From positions 28,634,213 through 28,698,212 of the forward strand of contig OZ234493.1 of assembly GCA_965153455.1 (NCBI GenBank): a stretch of 64,000 bases of DNA. The letters run 5' to 3'. The position numbers and the translations under genes were made by a program. The DNA is from Sphagnum compactum (lineage: Eukaryota). The notes under the pieces were generated by a model that saw only the letters and a list, made by a program, of their open reading frames with translations, searched no databases and was not told where the DNA came from. Positions within the stretch are counted from its first letter, which is position 1, and every line of letters starts with the position of its first letter. Below, one piece after another: positions 1-11,626 of the stretch.

Positions 1-3000
1 TTTAAGTTGGAGAGGAAAATCAAACACACAAAATTATTTATAGGGCAAAAGAAAATTTAGATATTTTGAGCAAATGTGAGGGGTATAGTTTTTTTTTGTA
101 TTAAAAGATACATTTTGTGAATTTGTCCTTTAAGTTAAAAAGGCAAGTTAAATGATTTTTTTTTTTTTTTGTATCTTAAGGATTGTTAAAAGCTTGAACC
201 AACTTATCAAGATGGGTTAATTTGAATTTGCTTAGAAGATATTATTGCATTTTCATGTTTTTAGCATTGTTTGAAGGTTTGGAAAAGCTTGTCACCACAA
301 GTTTGTCAAATTTTCACATGAAAGCCGCCAAGGTCATGACTAATTGGTATAGCCCTTTTGGAACGAAAAAGAACTTGAGCTCAAACTTAATAGTGTGTAA
401 GTGAAACTCAAGTTGGCCTTTTGGCAATGAGTTTGACTTAGGGGTGCCAACATCTTGTTAAGTTAAATTTGTCAATGTGCTTACAAAATTAAACAAAATC
501 ACATGAGATTGAAATTTTTTCGATAATAAACATGAAACAAAAACTAAACTAAAATCTTATGAAAGATCATTTACACTTAGTTCACACCTTAAAGACCATG
601 ACCCTAGTTTAAACAATAACTTGTCAAATATGATCACCTCTAAAGGTAAGAAAAATATTGGATGGTTAAGAATAATGAATCAAAATATGAACTTTATCCA
701 CCAACAAACTTTGACAAACTTAAGAATAAATGTTCCAAACAAAGTTTGGTAGTTTGTTCAAAAATTGTTTTATGTCAAAAAATTTATCATTGTGCTAATC
801 TAAGAAAAGATGAATGAAAATTGTGTTAATTCGAAATGTGTGAATTATATTGTGTTTTATGTGGGTTGAAATAGGTTCCTAAAACATTATGTGAAAAGGA
901 TAGACTCCTACTCATTATTTTTATCTTTGAATGGATTTGGCATTAGTTAAATTTTTTTCATTAATTTTTTTTTCAAAAAATGGCAAAAATAAGTATAAAT
1001 AAAATTTCATCAGATCTAACACTTGAACCTTGGTTTATAAGGTCACTCATCCAAAATGACTAAACAAATTGGGATTGTTATATATTTGTTACAATGTACT
1101 ATCTCTTGTTAATATTATTGTCTATGTCGAATGTTTTAGAAAATAAAAAATTGAATGACAAAATTCAAGATTTAAAATATATTAATTATTTGGCAAACAT
1201 TTGCCGAATCCATTCAAGGATTACAATATCACATAGTTTATTTTAAAGTTATTCAAATAAATTTTAAAACGTGCAATTTAATTTATTTATTTTTATATTA
1301 GTTGCACAATGGGTGAAAGCAAATTATGGTGAATGAAAAATGTTAATACAAATCTTGTTTTTAAAAATTGTGTGTGTTTGAACTTCCATTGACTCAATAT
1401 TAAAAGGTTTTTTCATAAATTGTATTCATAATAACATATTCCAAAACCCAAAAAAAAGTGTCAAAAGAAATTACATTTTATATTAATATTAAATGATTAA
1501 TTTTTCTGAAAAAAAAAACTTATAACAACATTTTGGAAAGAGCAAATAAACTTGGCAAAGTACATACATACTTAATCATGTGTTGAATATGAATTGATTA
1601 CACCATTTCAATCCATGTGAATAGTTTCATTCATGTGATTTTAAAAAAAACATCCAAATGAAAATTTCCATTCCAATGAATGTAAGTTTGTGTAAATCTG
1701 TAAATTTTTTTTGTTGAAACATTATTCTCTTTTGAAAAGTAAGAAGGATTGTATTAAAGGCCTTGTGTTAAAAATTCATATTATGTGTTTGTCAAAACAT
1801 AGATGAAATGAAAGAAAAATTGTCCCCAAAATGATAATAAAATGCACTTTAAAAATGTACATTTTCTTGCCCAAGTTGGGGCCTACATATTGTGCTTTCA
1901 CCCTAATATCTCTATCCTACCATGCATGTTTTTGAAATTGTCATGCTAAGTTAGGGTTTGCTTACATATCATCTTACCTTCCTACTTAGTTACCTACATT
2001 GATTCATGTTTACAATTATGTGTTGACATATATGTCACTTGTAACTATAATGTGGGAAATTCAAAATGAACATGTGTTAGTATTTTTTGCTATAACATTA
2101 AGTATCATCACATGGAACAATGGTCGAATGATTAATGCTTTGGTTTGTGAGCATGAAGATGATTAATTTGATTCCGTTTTCAAACATTTTGTTCATGTTT
2201 TAAGGTGTACAAGTGGCCTACATCCCCAGGCCTACATTTTACATCCGTAGGAATTTTAGTTTATTAATAAATAATTTTAAATCATAATTATTTGATTTAT
2301 GCTACCCATAAATCAACATTAACTATCACATATTGAAAAGTTTGACATGACACAAAAATCGTCTTGACAAGAGCTACAATAAAATATTTACATGTTTGAT
2401 TTTGGTTTGATTTCTCAAATGTTATGAGCTTTTAAAAAGGGATTTTGAAAATTTCAAGAAAGTGCCAATGGGATGTTGTGCTCACAAACACATGTATAAT
2501 TTGGGGAGGTTAGTGCCTCGCATAATATTGTAGTACCTTTTCAGGTTTAGCACAATAGTGCCGCATGATTAATATAATTTGAAATTTTTGTTTTCGCACC
2601 ATAGTTTTTGATTTTGAAAATTTCAACATATAATAATTAAATAGAATAAAATCACAAATGTTCTAGGGTGTTGTTAAAAATGTTCATCCTTCCAAGCCAA
2701 TGACTTATCATCCATCCTAGTAGGTTAGTTAGGTCGTCATCATGTACGGTTAGTTTCATTTTAGAAACATATTATTACTTACAAGTTAATTGAAACCCAC
2801 TATCATTCACTTTTGTATAAATCAAAGAGACACCCTTGGAACCATCAATTAAAGATCCTCATTATATATAATTACTTGAATGAACCAACTTACTACCTAT
2901 GATTGGGAGATCACTCTTATATTTTAGGAAACACGTGATACAAAATGATATTTTTAATATGCTATGAAATAATGACATATTTAAAACATATTTTTTAGAT

Positions 3001-4767
3001 ATATTCTCAAAATAACTGATTAATACCCTATTTATATTTAAATTATAAATTATATTATTTTTCTATAGGTTACACCCTATATTTTTGTACACTCTATTTG
3101 TAATAAAATGGGAAGTGACCTCCCCAGGCTACCTATACAACTTTCTCTTAGGGGATCAATAAAAAATCATTATCATCAACACTTAAAAAAGCATCCTTCT
3201 AGATATATTTTTGGTAATGCACTGAAACCTAAGCATAAGGAATCTGGCTATTTCTATTGTTTTCTTTGAAATCTGGTAACAAAAAGCCTTGTAAGACCAC
3301 TTTGCTATTGTGCATTTTGCTTTAAGTACTTTCCCCAAGAAAACAAAGACTGCTTTTAACAATACATGACATACTGATGAAAACCCCTGCTCAGATTTCT
3401 TTGGTTTTTTTGGAGGGCACATTACAGCAAACCAATTTTTGCTCCACTCTCTTGGGGGCAATTCCAAAAGCGGAATGCCCATTTAAAACAGATAGGTGGG
3501 CATTCCATTTTTTGAAGTACACATTCCATTTTTAAAATGGCCCCCTTCAAAAAAAAATTCCCTTTCATAAAGTTATCCTTAAACTCACCCTCTCTTGCAG
3601 TGGTATCCGTAAAGTAAGGAAATTTTATTAAATCTCAGTATGAAATGCTGAAACTCAGCATTTAATGCACAAGGTTCGAGAGTAATTATAGTGCTAGTTA
3701 ACTTATCAATAATGTTTTGCATAATAACCACCAGTTATGCATAAGGATAAGTTATCAAATAACTAGTTGCTACTTGCCAATTCTCTTGCTAGTTTATGAG
3801 CTGTTTATGTGATTTTTTAAATAATTTTTTCCCCTGTATTTAAAAAAAAAAATCATAAACATGGCTTAGTAGCATTTTAGATTTGATAATCCACTTGGAT
3901 GACAACCGGGTCATCTGAATAGGTTATTAGATCTTGAAAATTCAATACCATACGATTAGGTTATTAACCAATTATATCACAAAATCAATAACTGATTGGT
4001 AGGTTATAAGTACCCAGTTGATAACCGGGTCAAAACTCAATAACATGAGAACACTGCATTTTACACTAAATAAACATACCTCCAAATACACTAACAAAAA
4101 TCTCGGAGGTATTTTTTGTGATTTTGTAAGGTGCCACTTCCAATTTTACTATTAAAGAAATTTTTTTATCAATGCTTTATAGCATGAAGGTCCATGGGTA
4201 TCTCATAACTTAGCCCGGAGCACATGTTGATATGGAGGGTAAAGCCGCATGGTGTGGCACTCCCAAAATAAGGGGCTTAGGATGAGGTGGTAACTGAGTT
4301 CAACCTCACATTTAAGAAAATGCTCCCCATCTATGAGATTTACCCATTGGAAGAAGCACAAGGCAAATATTAGGATTATCCTAAACCCTAAACCATGACA
4401 CACTTGGAGAAATTTTCTAGTGCATTTGAAGAACACTTTATATAACAATCCTCTTCCCTTGGTTCTCTCATGCCCAAAAAGAGTAGGGGATATTACCTTA
4501 TGAATGGGAGGGATCTTACAAGTGTTAAAACCCCTTGCACACATAAGATTTATGCCTCACGATCTATGAATGTTTGGGTTCGTGATAACATTTTCCTTGT
4601 GCTTTATGGGGGGGAGAGTAAAGGCCATGGGTGGCCGACATTTCCAAAATGTGTTCTATTTCACCCCTGGGCATTCCATGTCTTGAATTGCCTTGTTAAC
4701 AAGGGAGGAAAAATTACCTTGGAAAGGTGCCCTCAAATGACACTTAAAAAAATTGTAGCATGTCTTA

Positions 4768-4838
4768 GGGTAAGGTATTGTACTTACGTTAGAAATTCTC
4801 TGCCTGTGCTACAGCAACGTACGTACAATACCTTACCC
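4768..4838. mobile_element. Very short MITE/hairpin element with ~24-bp terminal inverted repeats (PIF/Harbinger-Tourist-like)
   Basis: GGGTAAGGTATTGTACTTACGTT ... AACGTACGTACAATACCTTACCC with one mismatch; flanked by TTA and TAA. Confidence 0.7.
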
Positions 4839-4845
4839 TAACTAA

Positions 4846-5090
4846 GGTCCAGCTTCGTCATTAAAATAATCCTCAAAATAGTGAAATGAAATTTTGTGAA
4901 AATATGAAGTTGACATGTTGAAAATCCATCATAATTATCAAAAGGCTACATACTGAATAATAAATTTCACTACTCATATCACAATATTATAGTAGACAAT
5001 GGAAAAATATATAATTTCAAATTTTAAAAATGAATTCATTTTTTGCCCCAAAAAAAAATTAATTCATTTTTGTCAATGAAGAAACTGACC
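4846..5090 (+). mobile_element. ~245-bp MITE, family A copy 1
   Basis: Ends GGTCCAGCTTCGTCATT ... AATGAAGAAACTGACC are inverted. The whole element is an approximate reverse complement of 5959-6203. Confidence 0.7.
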
Positions 5091-5559
5091 CTAGGCTATG
5101 TACATCAGAATAAATGGCCAATTCTGCCATGAAGACCACCTTGAAGCCTTGGGTGAACCAGCACCCACACTGGTACCATGGTAAAAGCCCCAAAATTGAT
5201 TCAAATTGCTTCTAAATATCCCATGCCAGCCTTAACCGAGGGTCTCTGACTCCTAACCAACCATTTTCCTGGCTTAATAAGGCCACTAAGAGGCCTAACT
5301 TAAAAAGGTGAAGGTTCCGGTATGGGTGCTGGTCCACCCTGGTCCCATTTGAAAAACTGTCAAATCAATGTCGAGTATGGACCTTTACAGGTGAGGGCAT
5401 GCAAGGACCCAGGCAGCCGTGCTCAGTATGCGATCCTACACAAAAACAAAATAAAGTTTCAATATGTGTCGGTTTGGCTCAAGAAATTGGTTTTGGCTCA
5501 GCACACTTTCGCAATTTGCAGTGGCTGGTAGAATGTGCGACCACGCTATCTACCAGCAG

Positions 5560-5777
5560 AAAAGAGTGTAATAAATATGATCTGACTTCTTCTGTTCAGT
5601 ATTTTTAGTTGGCCCCATCATCATGATTGGTCCAGGTGGTTTGTTATTAGTAGTCTCCCATCTACTTGCTTGCTGTCCTAGTTTCAGTTTGATGGGCGAG
5701 GTTGCAAAAAAGTAAAACTTGGATGTGAAAAAGTATTTTGGTAGGGTCACATATTGAGAAGCGCTGGAGGAGGCTCT
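5560..5777. mobile_element. Partial copy of the Tourist-like MITE found at 52249-52612
   Basis: ATGATTGGTCCA.GTGG.TTG.TATTAGTAGTCT...AAAACTTGGATGTGA.AAA.TATTTT..AGGGTCACATA is shared with 52453-52612 and ends in a similar GGAG..GCTC-TTA terminus. Confidence 0.65.
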
Positions 5778-5958
5778 TATACCTTACTTACACTTTGTCA
5801 TCTGTTCCCTAGACCAAAAAGTTTGGTACTCTGTACACATGAGAGCAAGAAAATAGACACCTAGTGCAGTTGAGAAAAGGAGAAAAGTGAAAAGAAAGAT
5901 TTTGGGTTTTGGAAGGGAAGAGGGAAAAAGTGCAGCAAGTACCACCACCCTAGCCTAA

Positions 5959-6203
5959 GGTCAGTTTCCACATTGACAAAATGAATTTTTATTATTTTTC
6001 AAAAAATGAATTCGTTTTCTTTAATTTTGAAACTATAATTAATTTTTTCTATAAAATTTAATATTACATTGTGATATGAATAGCGAAAGTATTCAGAATG
6101 TAACCTATGATAATTAGGATGATTTTCAACATGACAACTTTGTATATATTTTCACAAAATTTCATTTCACTATTTTGAGGATTATTTAATGACGAAACTG
6201 ACC
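5959..6203 (-). mobile_element. ~245-bp MITE, family A copy 2 (inverted relative to copy 1)
   Basis: TIRs GGTCAGTTTC..CATT / AATGACGAAACTGACC, flanked by TAA and TTA. Confidence 0.7.
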
Positions 6204-6757
6204 TTAGGGTAAGGTAGTTACCTATCAGCTGGTGGCACAAATGCTCTACCCTTTAAATTATATACATAAAGGAGGATAAATTCCACACTAAGTAGGAGGT
6301 ACCTGGGCCAGTTCCACACTAAGTATATTATTTTCAGAAGTGTTGAGACTTTGAGTCGCCACAAAAACAAAACAAAAAAAACAGACACACACACACACTC
6401 ACACCCACACACACACACAGAGTATTCCACATATATTAAATTGAAAACATATGGCGATAAAGCACAGTGAAGAAGCTCAAGTGGATCCTTCACTAGTTAC
6501 GCCGGAAAAGTTTCTATGGTAGACACCAAGATGGCGCTAGAATGTAGAGATACCAAACTTTGGCCCATCACAAATTGGCTCCTGTGCGCTAGTAGTCTTC
6601 TACCCTGAAGGGCGGCACAGAGCCAAGAAAGGACTTCTTTGTACATGTGAGGGTACTGTTTGACAGAACAAGAAGAAGAGGTAGTTTGCAGCTGCATTGC
6701 TTTTTTTGTTTTTTTCGTTTTGTTTTTGTTTTTGTTTGTTTTTGTTGTTGTTGTTCC

Positions 6758-9290
6758 ATGGCCGTGGTGCTGGGCGTCGGTCGGTCGCTGGTTTGGACCG
6801 GAGTTGTGGCTTTCGTGGTTTTCGTGCTCTTCGCTGCCTACCAAGCCTCGACGATCTCCAACTCCCCGCCGGTGTTTCGTACATGGCAATCCAGAGTCAG
6901 CAATTTCGTCTACGGAGCCTGGAACGCATCCCCCGTGACTTCGGCGCCGTTTTTTTTCAATTCCAGATCTATCATCGGCGGTGCTCAGGTACCTTATGTT
7001 TGCTGTTTTGGTGCTTTGTGGAACAATCAAGCAATCAATCAATCAATCAATCCTCTGCAATCTTGTTGTTGTCGTGATTCTTATCACGATTCCTTATCGT
7101 TTCTTTCTCGATGATGCCACTGCTGCTGTGAAGGTTTCTTGTTTCTTGTTCTTGGTTGAGTTCTGCTGCTTGGAGTTGGAGGTAGTATCAAGAACCGGAA
7201 ATTCTTTTGTTTTCTTTGTGTCGTGTTTGGGTTGCGGTTGATGCGTTGCGGGGGGGAGCGATGGTTTGTTTCATCATCGGTTTCGGTAGCCGGAAAGTTC
7301 TTGGTGTCGATCCAGTTTGCAGTAGAGCCCCCCGAAAAACCTTTGGACTAACGAGGAGACTGAGTGTTCCAAAATCTCTCTCTCCACAGATGCAGCGGTT
7401 GGAAGACGACGGGGTTAAGGGAAAGAGGAGGAGAGTGGCAATTTGTTTGGTTGGAGCCGCCCGTGCCTTCGAATTATCGGGAGGGAGTCTGAAGAAGTAC
7501 CTGCTGGACGCTTCCACTGACGCTGATGTCTTTTTGCATTCGCCTCTAGACAAAGACTCCTACAAGTTCTTGATGTTGAAAGGTGTCTCCAATCTGACTG
7601 CTGCACACATCTTCATTCCTCAACAACTGCCAGAGTCCAATCTTCAGCGACAAGTCCTCACTGGTGTAAATTCACCAAATGGAATACAGGTCTGGCCATA
7701 CCAACCGAAAGGTTTATATCTTTCATTTCTTTTCCTCTCCTTTGTCTTCACTTCATTGAGAGGAGGTGGAAAGATGAAATCTTTGCTGAGAACCCATAAG
7801 AATACAGACCTTAGTACACTACACCACCAGTTTGGCACATAGTACTCTCAAGCCTCTCCTTTTCAGTTGCTTGCCTGCATGTGTGTGGATAACAACACAC
7901 TTCAATATCTGGAGTTCATTTTTTGGAGTCAGATCTTGAGATATTGTTGACGTTCTGAACTAAGAAGTTGCAGTGACTTTTTTCCGCATATTGGGTAGCG
8001 CTTCATAAGATTCCAGAGTTTGCAGGAAAAACATACCTATCATCACCTTCTACTGTATGTATGAGCAAGCTTGCATAAGACTGAATGTTGTTGGTACTAT
8101 GATAGTTTTGATCAGTTTTGCTTGAGAGACCTTGTTAGGACAGATAGTTAGATAGATATTGATGGTCTGAGCTATAAAAGTTTACAGTTGTTATGCATGA
8201 TCAGGGCTTGCTGCAGTACTTCAACTTGGTGGAAGGATGTCTGCACATGATAGAGAAACATGAGATGCAGCACAACATCACATATGGGTGGATTATCAGG
8301 ACCAGGGTTGATGGCTACTGGAATGGACAAGTTCCATCACTTGAGTCACTGGATCCAACTTTTTATTATGTTCCTTCTGGGTCCCAGTATGGTGGCCTCA
8401 ATGACAGGTTTGGCATGGGCAATGCAAATACTAGCAGGGCAGCATTGGCAAGACTCAGCTTGCTGCCATTGCTCCATAGCAGGGGTTTGAGACAGCTCAA
8501 TTCAGAGACAGCATTCAAAGCTCAGTTGGTTGAATCTCAGATACCTTTCAAATTTCTTGAACTTCCGTTCTGTATACTTACCACACGGAAGTACTCGTGG
8601 CCACCAGCCTTTTGGGGGGTCCCAGTAACTTCCATCACAACAAAGGGGCCTCTGAATGGCTCGAAATGCAGACCATGCACTCCCAGGGCTATGGGACCAG
8701 AAGCACAGGCTGTTGTTGATAAGCTGAGCAAGGGTTGGGGATGGCCTGGTCTTATTGAAGGCCTTCAACTTTGTGATGCCCAAGGCGACTGGGAACGACA
8801 CTGGGAAAGATTCTTTCCAAAAAGACCTGGGTTTGATGTTTCCCTTGACATGATCAGAATGCAAAACATGACTCTGGCCAGTTGTATTCAAGAGATTGAG
8901 GACTTTCAGCAGCAATGGGAGGTTTGGGATGCTCCACCAGCCAAAATAATATGTGAGCAAAGGTTCGTATTCAATATTCTTCTGTGGGCCTCACAGTGTC
9001 TCATTCTATTTTTGATGCTAGTTTCTGAATGTCCATGTACCTAGGAGAAGGCCAAAGGACTTTTTTCTAATCAGGGTTTGTGGCATCTTGGGTGTCTAAA
9101 CTGACCTTTGTCACTGGTTTTCTTTAGAGCAAAATATGTTTACTATCCACTGAGGCTTGACTTGCATAGAGATGGGTGGATGATGGCACGGCTCTTGTTT
9201 CATATGTAGGAATAATGAGAAAGAAATGTATCAAAGGCTAGAGAAGAAGAGGTTTACTAAAGATTTGAATGGTGATGCAGGTTGAGTTAA
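6758..9290 (+). CDS. Uncharacterised plant type II membrane protein with an N-terminal TM helix and a conserved lumenal domain. Exons ~6758-6988, 7390-7689, 8205-8962, and a probable short last exon 9281-9290 (alternatively read-through to a stop at 9044).
   Basis: Phase-compatible GT-AG introns. TM segment LVWTGVVAFVVFVLFAAY. Conserved plant-family blocks VAICLVGAARAFELSG, SPNGIQGLLQYFNLVEGC, WIIRTRVDGYW, YGGLNDRFG, GPLNGSKCRPC. The 3' end is uncertain. Confidence 0.85.
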
Positions 9291-11626
9291 CTGATTTAGA
9301 AGGCAGTCTTATGCTGGCAGAGTTATGTGCATATGCTCATCACCTCTGGATAGATGCTGTAAGACTCCTGCATGCTTTCTGAACATACCATTCTTGTTGT
9401 CCACCCTCAACCTTTTTGTCATAATCAGGCACTTGAGGTTAAATGCTCAAAGGTTAATATGAGCAGTTTCCTGCCTTTTGCTTCCACCAATATAAATGGG
9501 ATTCCTTTGGACCTTTGAAAGTAGTCTTTAAAATCTCAATCAGCAACCACTTCTCTGACATTGGTTACTTGTGCAACTCCAAGATATGTGGTCCCAACCG
9601 TTCCACATGCCTCCAACCACCACCAGAATACTTTTCAATTGCTGAGCATTAAGGATTCTGGTTGTTTGCCCTACAGCTGAATAATTGCAAGGGAAAACAT
9701 GCTTGATGTGATGTGTTCCTGTTCATTCTTGTCATGTTTGTTTTGGATTTGCTGGAACTGACACACAATTGTTAACATTTGAAGTGTAATTATGGAGTTT
9801 CTCTGCAATCTGAGAAATTTGGCATGTTCATGTTTTGTATTGTGTTGCAGGGTGTAGATCATGGATCTAGCAACATTGACAGGAGCTTGGGGTATATTGT
9901 GACAATGTTGCAGGTACTTGCCTCCATAACAGCCCTTTATTCTGTTACCCTTAAATCATCTAGACAATTATGAGCATTTTTGTCTGAGCAGTGTCACATT
10001 CTGAGGAAATCCTTCATTATGGCCTATGCTGGAATGTGTTTGCTCTCATGTATTCTGGGAATGGCTCATTTCTCTTCTCTTCATTGTCACCATGAACTTC
10101 ATGTACTCCTTGAATATTCAGTTCTTCAAGTCTTTGTGGACATGGCCTTTTTTCCAAAAGCTTTGGAATTCTCTTGCAAATTGATTACATTGACTCTTGA
10201 AAGATTTTAGCTCAACAGACCAACTATGAAATTTTGTTCTTCAGATTTAAAAGGTGCTGCCCATGTTTGGTTATGATGAATCTGGTACTTACTTAGTAGA
10301 CCTGTGACTTTGGACAACTGTACTCATCAGTGAAATTCGGTACTCACAAAGTCTTGTTCTCTCTTTTAGTTTTCAATGTTGGAGAATTGACTCATGGCTG
10401 AAGTACCACATTTTTATTAGAATAGTTTAAAAGGTCAAAAGTTGTATGACACTGTTATCTTTTTGTTTCTGTTTCATATTTTCAATTTCGTACAGGTTGA
10501 CTTTTCCCCCATCAGGTGCAGTTTTGTACACCAAGTGACGAGATGACTCAGCAGCTGACAACCAGTGTCTACAGTTGGGCATAATTTCTCAATGCCTCTT
10601 TGATAGCTGAATCTCCACATATTTATTCATCATGGTCTTTTGTGGTATTTAGAAATCCTTGTCTCAACTGTGCCAGAAAATTTCCATTTCCAGGCTAGCA
10701 TGGCATCTACTCGCACCATTTTTGTTAGTTTGCAGTTATCTGCCCATGTCATGTTTCAATTAAGCTACTACAGTCAAATAGTGTCTTACAAGGGGACATG
10801 AAGCACACAAAGCACAAGATTCTGTGCTTCAGACTTCTTGTCAGGTTATCTTTGCTTCTAAATGTAGCTAATGTACAGGACTTCTGATTTCCAGCTTAAA
10901 CAAGCCAACCTGCTGTGTCCCAGGCAGTTGGTAGATGTTATCTAAACCCTAAACCCTCAACCCACACTTCACTACCCAATCCAAACCTTCAGTTTCAATC
11001 TCTAGTTTTTGGGTTAATCTTGTTCTTACCTTTCAGAAGTAAACAAATCTTTGTTTGAGTATGCATATTCTCTTCTGCAGGGGCACACACATATGACCAG
11101 AATCGGCACAGGAGTGTTACAATACAGTCCTTTGTCTGATGGTTGTAGCATTTCCACCCTCCAAATAGTAATTTCAACATGCCGGGGTCAGCAGGAGTTG
11201 TTTTGCCAATGACACTTCATTAGTCCACACAAACTTAGGTACCTGACTCCTGGAAACTCAAATGGTCAAATCTCTACAATATAAATGCAGTAAACCTGGT
11301 GGTATCTGCAGTATTATTTCTCTCAATAATCAAATAATAGACATGTGACTCCTCCTGGCATAAGGTTTCACAAGCATTAAAACCTGGCAGCTTTAGTTCA
11401 AATGCTTATGCCACCCTAGATCTCCACAAAAATTGTTTCAGTCAATAGAATCTATTCTCTTATTGGCAGCCGCTTGTTTTTCAAACAGTCAATACTTGAT
11501 ACCCTGTGATGAGAAGGGCATGGCATACTCTAGTGTTTAAACTTGGGATATATAAGTAGATGTACATACATATGTATGTACGTGCGTGTGTGTATGTGTG
11601 TGTGTGTGTTCAGTTAAGGTTTCAGC

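Noticed and set aside
1-3500. AT-rich region with short ORFs (222-404, 3183-3482)
   Set aside because: I could not support any domain, RNA gene or element termini here.
8502-8960. Long antisense or overlapping ORFs over real exons (also 6497-7042, 37732-38085, 46461-46859)
   Set aside because: They are shadows of GC-rich coding exons with no independent motifs.
10944-10958. AAACCCTAAACCCT telomere-like motif
   Set aside because: Only two units; such motifs are scattered through the window and do not indicate a telomere.
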